Source: Octopus sinensis
Lineage: Eukaryota
Direction: 5' to 3'
Length of the DNA stretch: 55,520 nucleotides
NCBI RefSeq assembly: GCF_006345805.1
Contig: NW_021833772.1
Coordinates: forward strand, 1 to 55,520
Shown: one piece after another, positions 11,522-23,775 of the stretch
Layout: the number at the start of each line of letters is the position of its first letter
How positions within the stretch are numbered: the stretch's first letter is position 1
Made by a program: the position numbers and the translations under genes
The notes under the pieces: model-generated
What the model was told of the DNA's origin: nothing
The model's database searches: none
What the model saw: only the letters and a program-made list of their open reading frames with translations

Positions 11522-12810
11522 AATAATAATAATGATCATGAAATTATTGTATACAGTGCTCAGGTGCACCACAACTTGTCAAAAAGTGCACATAAAGTAT
11601 ATGCAGTAATGTACAAATGCCTAGAAAGCGAATAGTGTATGAGTCGGATACATGCTTGTGTGTGTATGGAGGGGAGAAAATCAGGTGTAGTGTTGGCGAA
11701 TCTCAGGAAGCATGAAAGTTTTGAAAGATGCAGTGCTCCTGATGGAGGGTATTCTTTTGGTTACACGTCGCTGAACGGCTTCCAGACGATTAATATGCTG
11801 GGCAAGATAGGGGTTCCAGACCGGTGATGCAAATTCCAGGTGAGGTTGTACCATAGCTATATAAAGCCGCAGATAGATAGCCGGAGAGCGGCTCACAAAG
11901 GACTTGGTGAGTGATGCCAAAACACCCTCAGCCTTCTTGGCAATTTTAGCGATGTGTTTTGTCCAACGCAAATCGCTGTCGACAATAACACCCAGGTCAC
12001 ATTCACACGAAGACTTTTTGAGATTAGTGTTGTGGAGGGAGTAAGTAGACGCTGGGTTTTTCCTCCCAAAATGCATGGTGGTACATTTGTCCACAGCCAG
12101 CTTCAGTTGCCAGTCCATGATCCACTGCTGCATTGTGTCCAGGTCTGATTGCAATAGAGATCTATAGTGTACAGGATCTGACCTCTTTATTTTGAGGTAC
12201 AGCTTGATGTCATCTGCATATTTCAGCACTGTGGCATTCTTTAAGACATTAACATATGCAACAAATAAAAGGGGGCCAAGAACAGATCCCTGTGGTACAC
12301 CAGATGTCATCTCATAGGGTGAAGAATGCTGTCCTAGAACTGTGACAACCTCTTTTTGGCCAAAAATAAAGGACTTCAACCAGTTATAGAGATCGTCTCT
12401 TACGCCCAATGCAGAGAGTTTCACCATAAGTCTTTTGTGTGGCACAGAGTTAAAAGCCTTAGCAAAGTCCAGGTAAACAACATCCACCCAGGATCCGCGA
12501 TCAGTGATTTAGGTAATGTCCTCAAGAAACTCGATGAGTTGATTACAGCAGCTGGAGTTAGGAATAAATCCAAATTGTGACGGCTGGATGAGGCTGTGAG
12601 ACTTCCAGAAGTTCCAGAGGGTTTCCCTGACACAGGATTCCATCAGTTTGGCGATGCAGCTAGTAAGACTAATGGGGCGATAGTTGACAGGTGATGTGTG
12701 GTCACCTTTCTTGAACAGAGGGATAACACTGGCAGTTTTCCACTGCTCTGGAGTAACACCATTATCAAGACAGAATTGGAAGAATAGTGAAAGTTGGTTT
12801 AGAAGAAAGT
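11522..12810 (-). mobile_element. 5'-truncated CR1-type LINE, RT region with a single in-frame stop
   Basis: NYRPISLTSCIAKLME; QFGF; YLDFAKAFNSVPH; SGVPQGSVLGPLLF; YADDIK. ORFs 12509-12853 and 11681-12487 are in the same frame, separated by TAA. (TTA)n tail near 11522. Confidence 0.9.
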
Positions 12811-14945
12811 ACCCACCACGTTTGAGAAGTAGGTATGTAAGTAGGAGAGGCATAGTTGCGTTTATTATTAAGGTGGCATTTAAACATGTTTGAACATGCA
12901 GTATTGGCTGAATACTTATAGGTGTATATACTTTATTCTACACATCTATTCTGTCGTAATAATCTAGAAATATATTCTATAGATGTCAATACAAGATATT
13001 ATATATTAATTTAATCATTGCAGTAAACATGGGAGCTAACTCTAGGCAAGTTTCAGGCTTATTAATGTTTTTTCCTCACCACAAAATTATTTCTAATCAA
13101 ATTGTTAATGTCCCTTATAGCAAATATGTTAACACTAATTTGATTATTGTTTTTCTGAATAATTAACTTCGGTGATTTAATTACTGGAAATATGACAACT
13201 TTTTTCACCTATAACCATACAATATTATATACGGTTGTAATATCAAGAATTGGCCAGATTTAAAATACAACGAATAGAAAAGCAGCAGAACTATTGAAAT
13301 GGCAATTCATGGTATTGAACCCACAAAGGGTGGAGGAAGAAGAAGAAGAAGAAGAAGAAGAAGATGATGATGATGATGATGATGATGACGATGATGAAAA
13401 CTGTTGAATCAATGTTAAGTCTTTTCTAAAACTTATTAAATCTATGGTGAACCTATTTTATTTTTTTCTCCAGAACAGAACATATATATTCTACTCTTCC
13501 ACTGTTCCACTATTCTACTACTCCACTGTTCTACTCTTCCACTATTCCACTATTCTTACTCTTGGTACTTTAGTTACTGACGCAGAAAATCACTAGATTC
13601 CACCCAGTTCTATGTTTCACTATTGATTTTACATTGTTTACAGCCCAGAGTTTAGTCTATTCTTGTAACATGTGTCCATTGCTTCACACAACAAACTGTT
13701 TCAATTCTACCAAATCAAATGGACAATTCTGGATTTTTCTGATTTTATTTGATCAACAAAAAGACAAAATACCACAAGAATTGAATAAAATTTGATCAGT
13801 CAGCAACCTCACCACCCTCCATATACTCAGCATGATTTATGTACTCAATTCACCATGGTCGGTGTACTCCCCACACTCTACAAATTTATCACTGTGTATT
13901 AAATTATCAACTGTTACAAATGTTCTGATCTTTATCTTTATTTTATCATCACACTGTGCCTCACTTCATCAGCGCTGGCTTTCTTTTCCTTGAAAACATC
14001 ATCTGCAGAGCAAGAATTTTTCAAAATACCTTAACCAAGCGTATGCCTTGGTTAGAAACCATCCAGGTGCATAGATTCATCAGTAGCAGGTGATGAATGC
14101 CATTGATTTTTCTGTATTTGTTGTTCCTTGAAGGAAGGACAATGCTCACAGCTTGTCTGTAATATGCACACAAAAGTGTGAAATATAATATGAATGTGGT
14201 TATAGTTTTGTATTTTATAGTGGGTAAGTTATAGATTTTAAAACAATAAAAGGTAGAAAGTGCTTCCTGTGTGACATACTTCTACTCTTTAAAATTTAGG
14301 TTGAATGATAAAAATAAAGGGGAAAGAGAGACTAGATAAATGAGCTGTGATGGAGAGATCTGTTGAGAAGCAAATGGAAACACAGCATGCAAGTTGAACT
14401 GTTGTTCAAAGATAGAAGCAATATTCCATAGTGGATTGTAGAAGAACAAAGAATTCTATATTATAAGTAGAACAACAAAGAATTCTATATTATAAGTCAA
14501 ACCCACAAATTTTTTAATGCAGGGTGCTTTCAGAAGACGTAACAAGACACCATCACAGTAATTGCAATATATAGAATGGAACGCTATTGACATTAATTAA
14601 ATATGTGACACGCTACATACAATATCGGATGAAGAACTCACAGAAGCTAACTTCAAATTTAGTTGAGAGTTTTCAATGTGATTTGGACAACTTTTATCCG
14701 AATTCATCATAGCTTCTGGGAACATTAAGTTACTACAGTGGTAGACTCTGACAGATTTCTCTTTGCTTAATATTGTCAAACTTGTGTCTGCTGCAGCTAG
14801 TTCAGAAAACATTTGTCTATTTACACCTTGTACTCGAATGTTTCTTCACAAGAAGATTCTTTTAATTCAAACCATTTTAATTCAATCCATTGTTTCTAAT
14901 TTTGCTTCAAATTAATTGAAGAAAAAGAATCTGTGCTGCTTGTGA

Positions 14946-15110
14946 CTACTTCAGTTCCTCGCATATTGATATCAAATCATCTATCATGTAGGGTGGAGGG
15001 AAGCCATTATCTGGGTTAAATGTTTGTAGTAGAAAGATCTTCACTAATGGTACATTACAATTGAATGTATATAGCAGTAGTGAGCAGAGGACACTGACAT
15101 TTCTAATTCC
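14946..15110 (-). CDS. Candidate terminal exon, product unknown (GIRNVSVLCSLLLYTFNCNVPLVKIFLLQTFNPDNGFPPPYMIDDLISICEELK*)
   Basis: Poly-T tract plus ctgcag acceptor, then 54 open codons to TAG. No homology recognised. Confidence 0.25.
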   Translation of the reverse strand, partial: GIRNVSVLCSLLLYTFNCNVPLVKIFLLQTFNPDNGFPPPYMIDDLISICEELK

Positions 15111-15486
15111 CTGCAGTGCAACAAATTGTCAAAAAAAAAAAGGCTCTGGTGGTATTTTAGATATCTTATAATAGTATTGGAGTAGAAAAGAAAATGACTA
15201 GATTTGCTGTTATGTGAAAATGGGGTAAATATGACAGAAGATCCATTAATCTTTTATGAGAAAATAAATTAGTTAAGTTTTATGTTGCATAAATGACAGC
15301 AAAACTACTGTCAGTTCTTTTAATGAGACAACAATAGAAAACTGGAATGTTTGATAAGCAAAATGGCTGATGTCATAGAATTTGAGTAAGCTTTTGTTCT
15401 TCAATGATTTGTATAAGTTATAGAGTCAGTTTTACCCTTTAATAACAAAAAGATTTCAAATGTAATATGTAAAAGGTAAAATGCTA

Positions 15487-18080
15487 ATCATCATCATCGT
15501 TTAACGTCCGCTTTCCATGCTAGCATGGGTTGGACGGTTCAACTGGGGTCTGGGAAGCCAGAAGGCTGCACCAGGCCCAGTCTGATCTGGCAGTGTTTCT
15601 ACAGCTGGATGCCCTTCCTAATGCCAACCACTCCGTGAGTGTAGTGGGTGCTTTTTACGTGCCTCCGGCACAGGTGCCAGATGGGGCTGGCAAACGGCCA
15701 CGATCGGATGGTGCTTTTTACATGCCACCGGCATGGAGACCAGATGAAGCTGGCAATGGCCACGAATTGGATTGTGCTTTTTACGTGCCACCGGCACGGA
15801 GACCAGACGAAGCTGGCAACGGCCACGAATCGGATGGTGCTTTTTACGTCCCACTGGCACAGAGACCAGATGAAGCTGGCAATGGTCACGAATCGGATGG
15901 TGCCTTTTACGTGCCACCGGCATGGAGGTCAGTCAGGGCGGCGCTGGCTACGGCCACGTTCGGATGGTTCTCTTATGTGCCACCGGCACTGGTATCACAG
16001 CTACATTGATGTTGATTGATTTCGATTTTCACTTGCCTCAACAGGTCTTCACAAGTGGAACTTTGTGTCCCAAGAAGGAAAGGAATGCATAAGTGGGCTG
16101 GCTACATCCCAGGTAGAGGTCACAGGATTATGGCCTCACTTGTCCTGCCGGGTCTTCTCACGCACAGCATACTTCCAAAGGTCTCGGTCTCTGGTCATTT
16201 CCTCGGTGAGACCTAAAGTTCGAAGGTCATGCTTCACCACCTCATCCCAGGTTTTCCTAGGTCTACCTCTTCCACAGGTTCCCTCAACTGCTAGGGTGTG
16301 GCACTTTTTCACACAACTATCTTCATCCATTCTCGCCACATGACCATACCAGCGCAAACGTCTCTCTTGCACACCGCAACTGATGCTTCTTAGGTCCAAC
16401 TTTTCTCTCAAAGTACTTACACTCTGTCGAGTATGAACACTGACATTACACATCCAGCAGAGCATACTGGTTTCATTTCTTGCGAGCTTACGCATACCCT
16501 CAGCAGTCACGGCCCATGTTTCACTGCCATGTAGCATAGCTGTTCGTACACATGCGTCATACAATCTGCCTTTTACTCTGAGCGAGAGGCCTTTTGTCAC
16601 CAGCAGAGGTAAGAGCTCTCTGAACTTTGCCCAGGCTATTCTTACTCTAGCAGTTACACTTTCAGCACACCTGCCCTCACTACTGACTTGGTCACCTAGG
16701 TAACGGAAGCTATCAACTATTTCTAGTTTTTCTCCCTGGAATGTGGCGGAAGATGGTCTCAGAGCATTTTCAGTGTTTATTGCTCCTGAGCATCTGCCAC
16801 ATACAAAAACTATCTTCCTAGTTAGCCTTCCTTTGACATTGCTGCACCACTTATGTGTCCATAGCTTACACTTGGTGCATCTTATAGAGTTTCTACCTAT
16901 GCCTTTTCTACAGATCGAGCAGAGCCATCTACCTGAAGGTGTTTGTGATTTGTCTACCTTCCTACTTATTAGAACATTGGTTTTGGCTAGGTTGATTCTA
17001 AGGCCCTTCGATTCTAATCCTTGTTTCCACACCTGAAACCTCTCCTCCTGTTCTGATAGTAACTCAGCAATTAGGGCAAAGTCATCAGCTAGAGGAGCTC
17101 CCAGGGGCATACTGTCTTGAATTCCTCCATTATTGCTTGGAGGACTATGATAAATAGAAGGGGGCTGAGGACTGAACCTTGGTGGACCCCAACCTCTACC
17201 TGGAATTCTTCACTGTACTCGTTGCCAACCCTCACCTTACTAACAGCGTCCCTGTACATGGCTCGCACAGCTCTCACTAACCATTCATCTATCCCTAGTT
17301 TCCCCATTGACCACCAGATAGGGGATCAGGGGACCCTGTTAAAGGCTTTCTCCATGTCAACGAAAGCCAGGTACAGAGGTTTATCTTTGGCTAGGTATTT
17401 TTCCTGCAGCTGTCTCACCAGAAATATGGCATCAGTGGTGCTTTTCCCCGGCACGAAACCAAACTGCATCTCATCCAAGTTGACTCTCTCCCTAATCAGT
17501 TGGGCTATGATTCCCTCCGTAACCTTCATTACCCAATCCAACAGCTTGATACCTCTGTAATTACTTGTATCTAGGGCGTCACCTTTACCTTTGCAGCAGT
17601 TGACTATTATGCTGCTACACCAGTCATCGGGTATGACTCCTTCGTGTATCACCTGGTTAACTATACGGGTGACTAGGCCATAGCCGACACTGCATCTCTG
17701 CAGTAATTCCTGATGGGCCTGGGGCTTTCCCTGTCTTCATGCTTCTAATTGCCTTAACTACCAAAGAACTGTCAACTCGGATGGCTGGTCCCTCTGTTGG
17801 GTCGACATTCGGCAGACTCTCTTTATTCCATTCATTTTCTTTATTCAGCAACCTTTCATAGTGGCATCTCCAAACCTCTCTCTTTGCATCCTCATTTAGC
17901 GCAAGTGAACCATCATCCATGCGAACACATTTCTCTCCTACCACATCACGATTCTCTCTCACACACTGTCTTGCAACACGAAATACCTCAAGTCTTTGGT
18001 CCTCACGGCACAGAACATTGGCAAATTTTTTCTTATCTGCTTCCCCTCTGGCTAAATAAACCTGTCTCCATGCAATTTTT
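15487..18080 (-). mobile_element. RTE-clade LINE, 5'-truncated: RT with PHD-like finger, 3' UTR with VNTR, (GAT)n tail
   Basis: NYRGIKLL; QFGFVPGKSTTDAIF; FVDMEKAF; GVHQGSVLSPLLF; ADD; AMLHGSETW; RRLRWYGHV; GRPRKTW. 3' palindrome ccatgctagcatgg. A few frameshifts. Confidence 0.95.
15648..15992. repeat. 63-bp minisatellite (5 units plus a partial unit) in the RTE 3' UTR
   Basis: Units start at 15648, 15711, 15774, 15837 and 15900, partial at 15967. Units carry variants of the GTGCC-ACC-GGCAC hairpin. Confidence 0.9.
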
Positions 18081-18361
18081 TTATGAAACAAGCACACAAA
18101 AATACTAGATTAAACACACACACACACACACACACAGGGTGCTTGTAGTTACCTTCACTATATGGTTCCAGGCTGGTATCAAGAAATTTGGACACAACAA
18201 TATTCAGTAGATTTCTGCCATAGTTGTTAAAACAAAAGACAGGTGGTATCTAAGTTCTTAGACACTAGCATGGTCCCATGGGAAGGAATTAACTATCAGC
18301 ACTATATACACACAAACATACATACAAACATATAGATACATTATCATCATAATAATAATAA

Positions 18362-18575
18362 TGGTTACAAATTTTGCCACAAGGGCAGCCATTTTGGGGG
18401 AAGAGATGAGTCAATTGCATTGACCCCAGTGTATCACTGGTACTTAATCTATCGACCCCCAAAAGGATGAAAGGCAAAATCAACATTTGCAGAATCTGAA
18501 CTCAGAATGTAGCGACAGACGAAGTACCACTAAACAATTCACCCGGTGTGCTAACAATTCTGCCAGCTCACTGCC
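18362..18575 (-). mobile_element. tRNA-derived SINE (same family as 1447-1661)
   Basis: Same head and body motifs; flanked by (AAT)n. Confidence 0.8.
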
Positions 18576-18623
<48 letters not shown>

Positions 18624-18833
18624 CCTCTCTACTATAGGCACAAGCCTGAAATTTGGGGGAGGAGGATAATCAATTACATCAATCCCAGTACAGACTGGTA
18701 CTTATTTTATTGACCCCAGAAGGATGAAAAGCAAAGTCAACCTCAGTAGAATTTGAACTCAGAACATGAAGATGGATGAAATACCACTAAGCATTTCGTG
18801 CAGCGTGCTAACGATTCTGCCAGTTCACCACCT
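18624..18833 (-). mobile_element. tRNA-derived SINE, tandem with the previous copy
   Basis: Same motifs; separated from the previous copy only by (AAT)n. Confidence 0.8.
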
Positions 18834-18836
18834 TAT

Positions 18837-18914
<78 letters not shown>

Positions 18915-19489
18915 TGATGATAATAATAATATTGACCACTTTTCCATGCTTTAATGGGTCAGTTGGAATTTGCTGCAGCAAATTTCTATATCTGGATGTC
19001 TTTCTCATCACTGACCATCACCTGTTTCCAAGCAAGATAATATTTCCCCCATGGTCAGACATGTTTTTCTTTGAAGACTAGGAATGAACAACTTTACTTG
19101 TATGACAATGATGCACATTTTACAACCATTAAGTGATGTCTAGACAAAGGTACACACACACAATAATTAATAATGATCTCTGTTATCTTAACCACCTTCA
19201 TTAAATAAAAATTGTCTAACCAGGTTAGAAACTGCACCCCTTTTGGAATTAAAGGAATTTGTTATAGCAACCAGCTTTGTCATGAGTCGTGACTCCATGA
19301 CTTATGAGTTCAAAGGTTAAGGTTAAATAGCTAATAATTAATATGTTAAAAGTAATCTTAATTGTATAAATCCAGAGGTGAAAGGAAAACCAAGAATCAA
19401 GATAAACTTGTCTAAGACTATGGTGTTTGTAGGCAGAAAACAGGACTTGGTACCATCAAGAAAGTGCTCTTGCTCAATGTGCAGGAAAG

Positions 19490-19808
19490 AAAAATGATAA
19501 ACGTCACCCTTTTGAAGCCTAGCCAGGCTCATGGGCCCAGTTTCCCGGTTTCTGTGGCGTATGTGTTCCCCACAACTGGACGGGACGCCAGTCCATTGCA
19601 GCGTTACTCAAGAAACAGGAAGAGAGAGTGAGAGAAAGTTGTAGCAAAAGAGTACAACAGGGGTCGCCACCACCCCCTGCCAGAGCCTCATGGAGCTTTT
19701 AGATGTTTTTGCTCAATAAACACACACAACGCCCGGTCTGGGAATTGAAGCCACGATTCTCCGACCGCGAGTCCGCTGCCCTAACCACTGGTCCATTGCA
19801 CCTCCACA
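19490..19808 (-). mobile_element. V-SINE-like tRNA-derived SINE with a 10-bp target-site duplication
   Basis: Minus-strand head tggaggtgcaatggaccagtggttagggc; core caatggactggcgtcccgtccag; tgcaggaaag at both 19480-19489 and 19809-19818. Confidence 0.85.
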
Positions 19809-19845
19809 TGCAGGAAAGTAGTAAACTATAAACTGTGTATGCTAT

Positions 19846-20410
19846 CATCATCATCATCATCATCATCGTTTAGCGTCCGTTTTCCATGCTAGCATGGGTT
19901 GGACGGTTCTACTGGGGTCTGTGAAGCCAGGAGGCTTCATCAGGCCCAGTCAAATCTGGCAGTGTTTCTACGGCTGGATGCCCTTCTTAATGCCAACCAC
20001 TCTGTGAGTGTAGTGGGTGCTTTTTACGTGCCACCCGCACAGGTGCCAGACAGAGCTGGCAAACGGCCACGAACGGATGGTGCTTTTTACGTGCCACTGG
20101 CACGAGGCCAGTCGGGGCGGCGCTGGCAATGGTCGCGAAACGGAAGGTTCTCTTACATGCCACCGGCACTGGTAACACATCTGCAATTTCCATTGATCGA
20201 TTTCGATTCTGATCCTCACTTGCCTTAACAGGTCTTCACAAGTAGAGTTTCGACATGCCACCGGCACTGGTAACACATCTGCAATTTCCATTGATCGATT
20301 TCGATTCTGATCCTCACTTGCCTCAACAGGTCTTCACAAGTAGAGTTTTGTGTCCCAAGAAGGGAAGGTGTGCATACGTAGGCTGGCTCCATACCATGTA
20401 GAAGGCCACC
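19846..20410 (-). mobile_element. Young RTE 3' fragment with an internal 98-bp tandem duplication (20155-20250 / 20253-20348), inserted in an older plus-strand RTE relic (~19380-20800)
   Basis: Same 3' UTR as 15487-16100. The host relic reads INLSKTMVFVG..CSMCRK on the left and continues on the right. Confidence 0.85.
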
Positions 20411-21299
20411 TAGCATAAACTATGGATGTACAATAAGTGTAGAGAAATCACCGGCAGAGAAAGCAGACTGTCTGTGTGACTGATGCATTAGAGCAGTAAG
20501 TGTTACAGCCACACCACAGTTGCTTTTAAATGGCAGAAAAGCTCAGTAAGAGTAGTCGTTAACTTTCATTAACTAAGTGACATAATTAACAGTAAGTGTA
20601 CAAGAGAGAAGATTGCACTGATGTGAGCATGTGGTGTATATGGGGGTGGGGAAGGAACTAAAGTGGCAGAAGGAAGTGATGTGTGTTCCAAGTTAGAGGG
20701 ATCTGTAGAAGAGAAAAACTGTGGAAGACATGAATGGAGTGGAAAAGCTGATTTGGAGCCAAGATGATAAAAGATTGGTCTGATTGGTGATACTTGGTGT
20801 TGCAGTAGACCTGGCTGTCAAGAGTTAAATGTGTGCTGGAATGATGAGGCTAGAGCTCTGTCTGTTTGTCTATCTGTGTGTGTGTGCACATGCATGTGTG
20901 TGTATTCAAATTACATAACAGAAGCACCTCAATGATGTAAACATTATTAATATCATATACATAAATTATGTTTGTTGTGTGAATGCCAGGAACTGCAGTT
21001 TGTCATCCAGTAAAAATTCCTTTACAGACATATAGTGTTAAAAAGCACAGGATACTTCAGAGCTAGGTGAAACAAAATCACACTGGAGGTAAAGACAAGT
21101 GCAGCAGATATCAGGATTTCATAGTGTTTGTTGTTTATCACTGCTGTGATATGTAACCTTAACTCCGAAGTGAACCAAAATTACAAACCTGAAATATATA
21201 TAAATGGTACAAAAGAACTATTTTCTGATTTGCAATTGTGTTAAATAAGTAGGGTAAAATCACTCAGCTCTGAAGTATCTTGAGTTTTTTTAAGGCTAT

Positions 21300-21709
21300 A
21301 TACTCTTTACTCTTTTTACTCTTTTACTTGTTTCAGTCATTTGACTGCGGCCATGCTGGAGCACCGCCTTTAATCGAGCAATTCGATCCCGGGACTTATT
21401 CTTTTGTAAGCCCAGTACTTATTCTATCGGTCTCTTTTGCTGAACTGCTAAGTAACGGGGACATAAACACACCAGCATCGGTTGTCAAGCAATGCTAGGG
21501 GGACAAACACAGACACACATACACTCATATATATATACATATATACGACGGGCTTCTTTCAGTTTCCGTCTACCAAATCCACTCACAGGGCTTTGGTCGG
21601 CCCGAGGCTATAGTAGAAGACACTTGCCCAAGGTGTCACGCAGTGGGACTGAACCCGGAACCATGTGGTTGGTAAACAAGCTACTTACCACACAGCCACT
21701 CCTGCGCCT
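21300..21709 (-). mobile_element. tRNA-derived SINE with CORE-like domain (possibly OR2-like)
   Basis: Minus strand: aggcgcaggagtggctgtgtggtaag...gggttcagtccc...caccttgggcaagtgtcttc; (AAGAGT)n-like tail. Confidence 0.8.
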
Positions 21710-22176
21710 ACGGATTTGTCCTGGATGAAAACCACAGATCCTGGCATTCTAGCAACACAAAGATGCTGAACTTGTTCTTATAATGTGTCAGAACTCTTGA
21801 GCATCTCTATACCACATACCTCACAGCCCTTACCATTTCATCCCTTCTTTTCTCACTAACCACTGACTTTAATCCCACCCATCCCATCCCTTTTCCTTGT
21901 TCCTCCACAAGATTACTCTACAGTTATAGGGGCCTCTTTCAGGATTTTAGTTTTGCAAGTTGCAAAGTGACCTGACAAGTGCTGGTGCCATGGAAAAAAA
22001 GCACCCAGCACACTCTGTAAAGTTGCTGGTAGCAGCCATAGCAACCATGCCAAAACATTGGAGCACAGCACAATCCTCTGATTCATCAGTCTGTCAAACA
22101 GTGTGACCATAGCAGTATGGAGCGTAAATGTTACACGAACAAGAAGAAAATGATGATGATGATGATAATGATATAT

Positions 22177-22229
<53 letters not shown>

Positions 22230-22806
22230 AGTAATAGTTGCTGTTTTGTCACTGTTTTGACAATCACCTCAGTCATCCTCAAATAAATTTGGTAATTTTG
22301 TTGAGTCTACAGATTTCTACATTATGACAAGGTCAAAAGGTCACATAGATTACTGAATTCTATAAGAATTCAGTGAAAGAGTGCAGGAGATGAAGTTGTA
22401 GATGAATAAGAATCTACCAAATAGAAATTGCTGAGCTGAGGACAGAGACAATAGAAGCAGATCTCAAAAATTGGTCAATGGCGGAAGTGCAAGAGGAGCA
22501 GAAAAGGACTGAGATTGTAAAAAAATGGATTTGATAGAAGTCCTACCAACTAGAACTACTCTGGTTCATTTAAATAATGGTTTATCCATTTGGATAATCA
22601 CAAGCTGAGGAATAATTAAATGTTTAATTAGCATTAGTGACCAGTTTATTGCTCTGTTAATTTTTACATAAAAAATGTCATAAGCAGTGTCAATATATGA
22701 AATGCAACCATTTCATCTTCGTTAACTAAAAGTCATTAAACTATTGTTGCAATTATGTCAACTTAATATATTACTTGTTTTAATTAATCTATAACAATTA
22801 TTTCAG

Positions 22807-22890
22807 AGGGTTCACTGTACAATGAAGTGACTACCAGTGAGGGCATTCACTTAAACAAGGATGGCCAAGTTATTAACATAGCACGGACAT
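22807..22890 (+). CDS. Candidate 84-nt internal exon (GSLYNEVTTSEGIHLNKDGQVINIART), phase 1/1
   Basis: AT-rich flanks, tatttcag acceptor, GTGAGT donor, only one open frame. No homology recognised. Confidence 0.4.
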
Positions 22891-23379
22891 GTGAGTGAGT
22901 GGGTTAATGAAGTTTTTGGAAGAGTTGAAAATATAAAGCAATGTTGTATAAATGTTGTATGAAAATAAATTTAAATTAATTGAAATTTAATTTGTAAATG
23001 GAGAAAGAAAGCAAAAAAAATGGTAGCATTTGCTAACAACTAAGAAAGGAATGGGAGAGATAATTAAGAATTAGTATGTCAAGGTTAACTTACATGTTTA
23101 GGGAAAGGAAAGCCTGATTTTGGTTTGTATGCAAGGGAGACAACTATGTACATGTTTTGGTTTATTAGATCTCATCAGTATAGACTACTCCAGCGTACCT
23201 GATCAGTTGACAAAGATTTTCATGGAAACAAAAGGAGTTACAAATAATTTTTAATCCCGAGTCAGCCTTGACCAAGCAGACTTATGATCAAAGGCAATCC
23301 AGCCATGATCATTTCATTGACTATGTGAATCAGGAACATGATTATCAATGCATCCTTCACTTCATAAGTTTCTTTTTTT

Positions 23380-23775
23380 TCTTTTACACGTTTCAGTCAT
23401 TTGACTGCAACCATGCTACAGCACCACCTTTAGTTGAACAAATCGATCCCAAGACCTATTCTTTGTAAGCCTAGCACTTATTCTATCATTCTCTTTTACC
23501 AAACCGCTAAGTTACAGGGACGTAAGCACACAAGCATTGGTTGTCAAGCAATGGTGGGGGACAAACACAGACACACGAACACACAAATACACATACACAC
23601 ACATATATGTATATAAAAGGCTTCTTTCAGTTTCCATCTACCAAATCCACCCACAAGGCTTTGGTTGGCTCAAGGCTATAATAGAAGACACTTGCCCAAG
23701 TTGCCATGCAGTGGGACTGAACCCAGAACCATGTAGTTGGTAAGCAAGCTACTTAACACAGCCACTTCTGCGCCT
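23380..23775 (-). mobile_element. Older copy of the SINE at 21300-21709
   Basis: Colinear similarity over ~390 bp. Confidence 0.8.

Noticed and set aside
14030-14126. Minus-strand 97-nt exon candidate (NNKYRKINGIHHLL...)
   Set aside because: Modest splice sites; phase-incompatible with the 6786 candidate; no homology.
15530-16019. Repetitive ORFs (DGAFYVPPA...) and a CRISPR-like regular 63-bp period
   Set aside because: This is a contiguous minisatellite in an RTE 3' UTR with no unique spacers; the 21-codon period explains the open frames; the context is eukaryotic with no cas genes.
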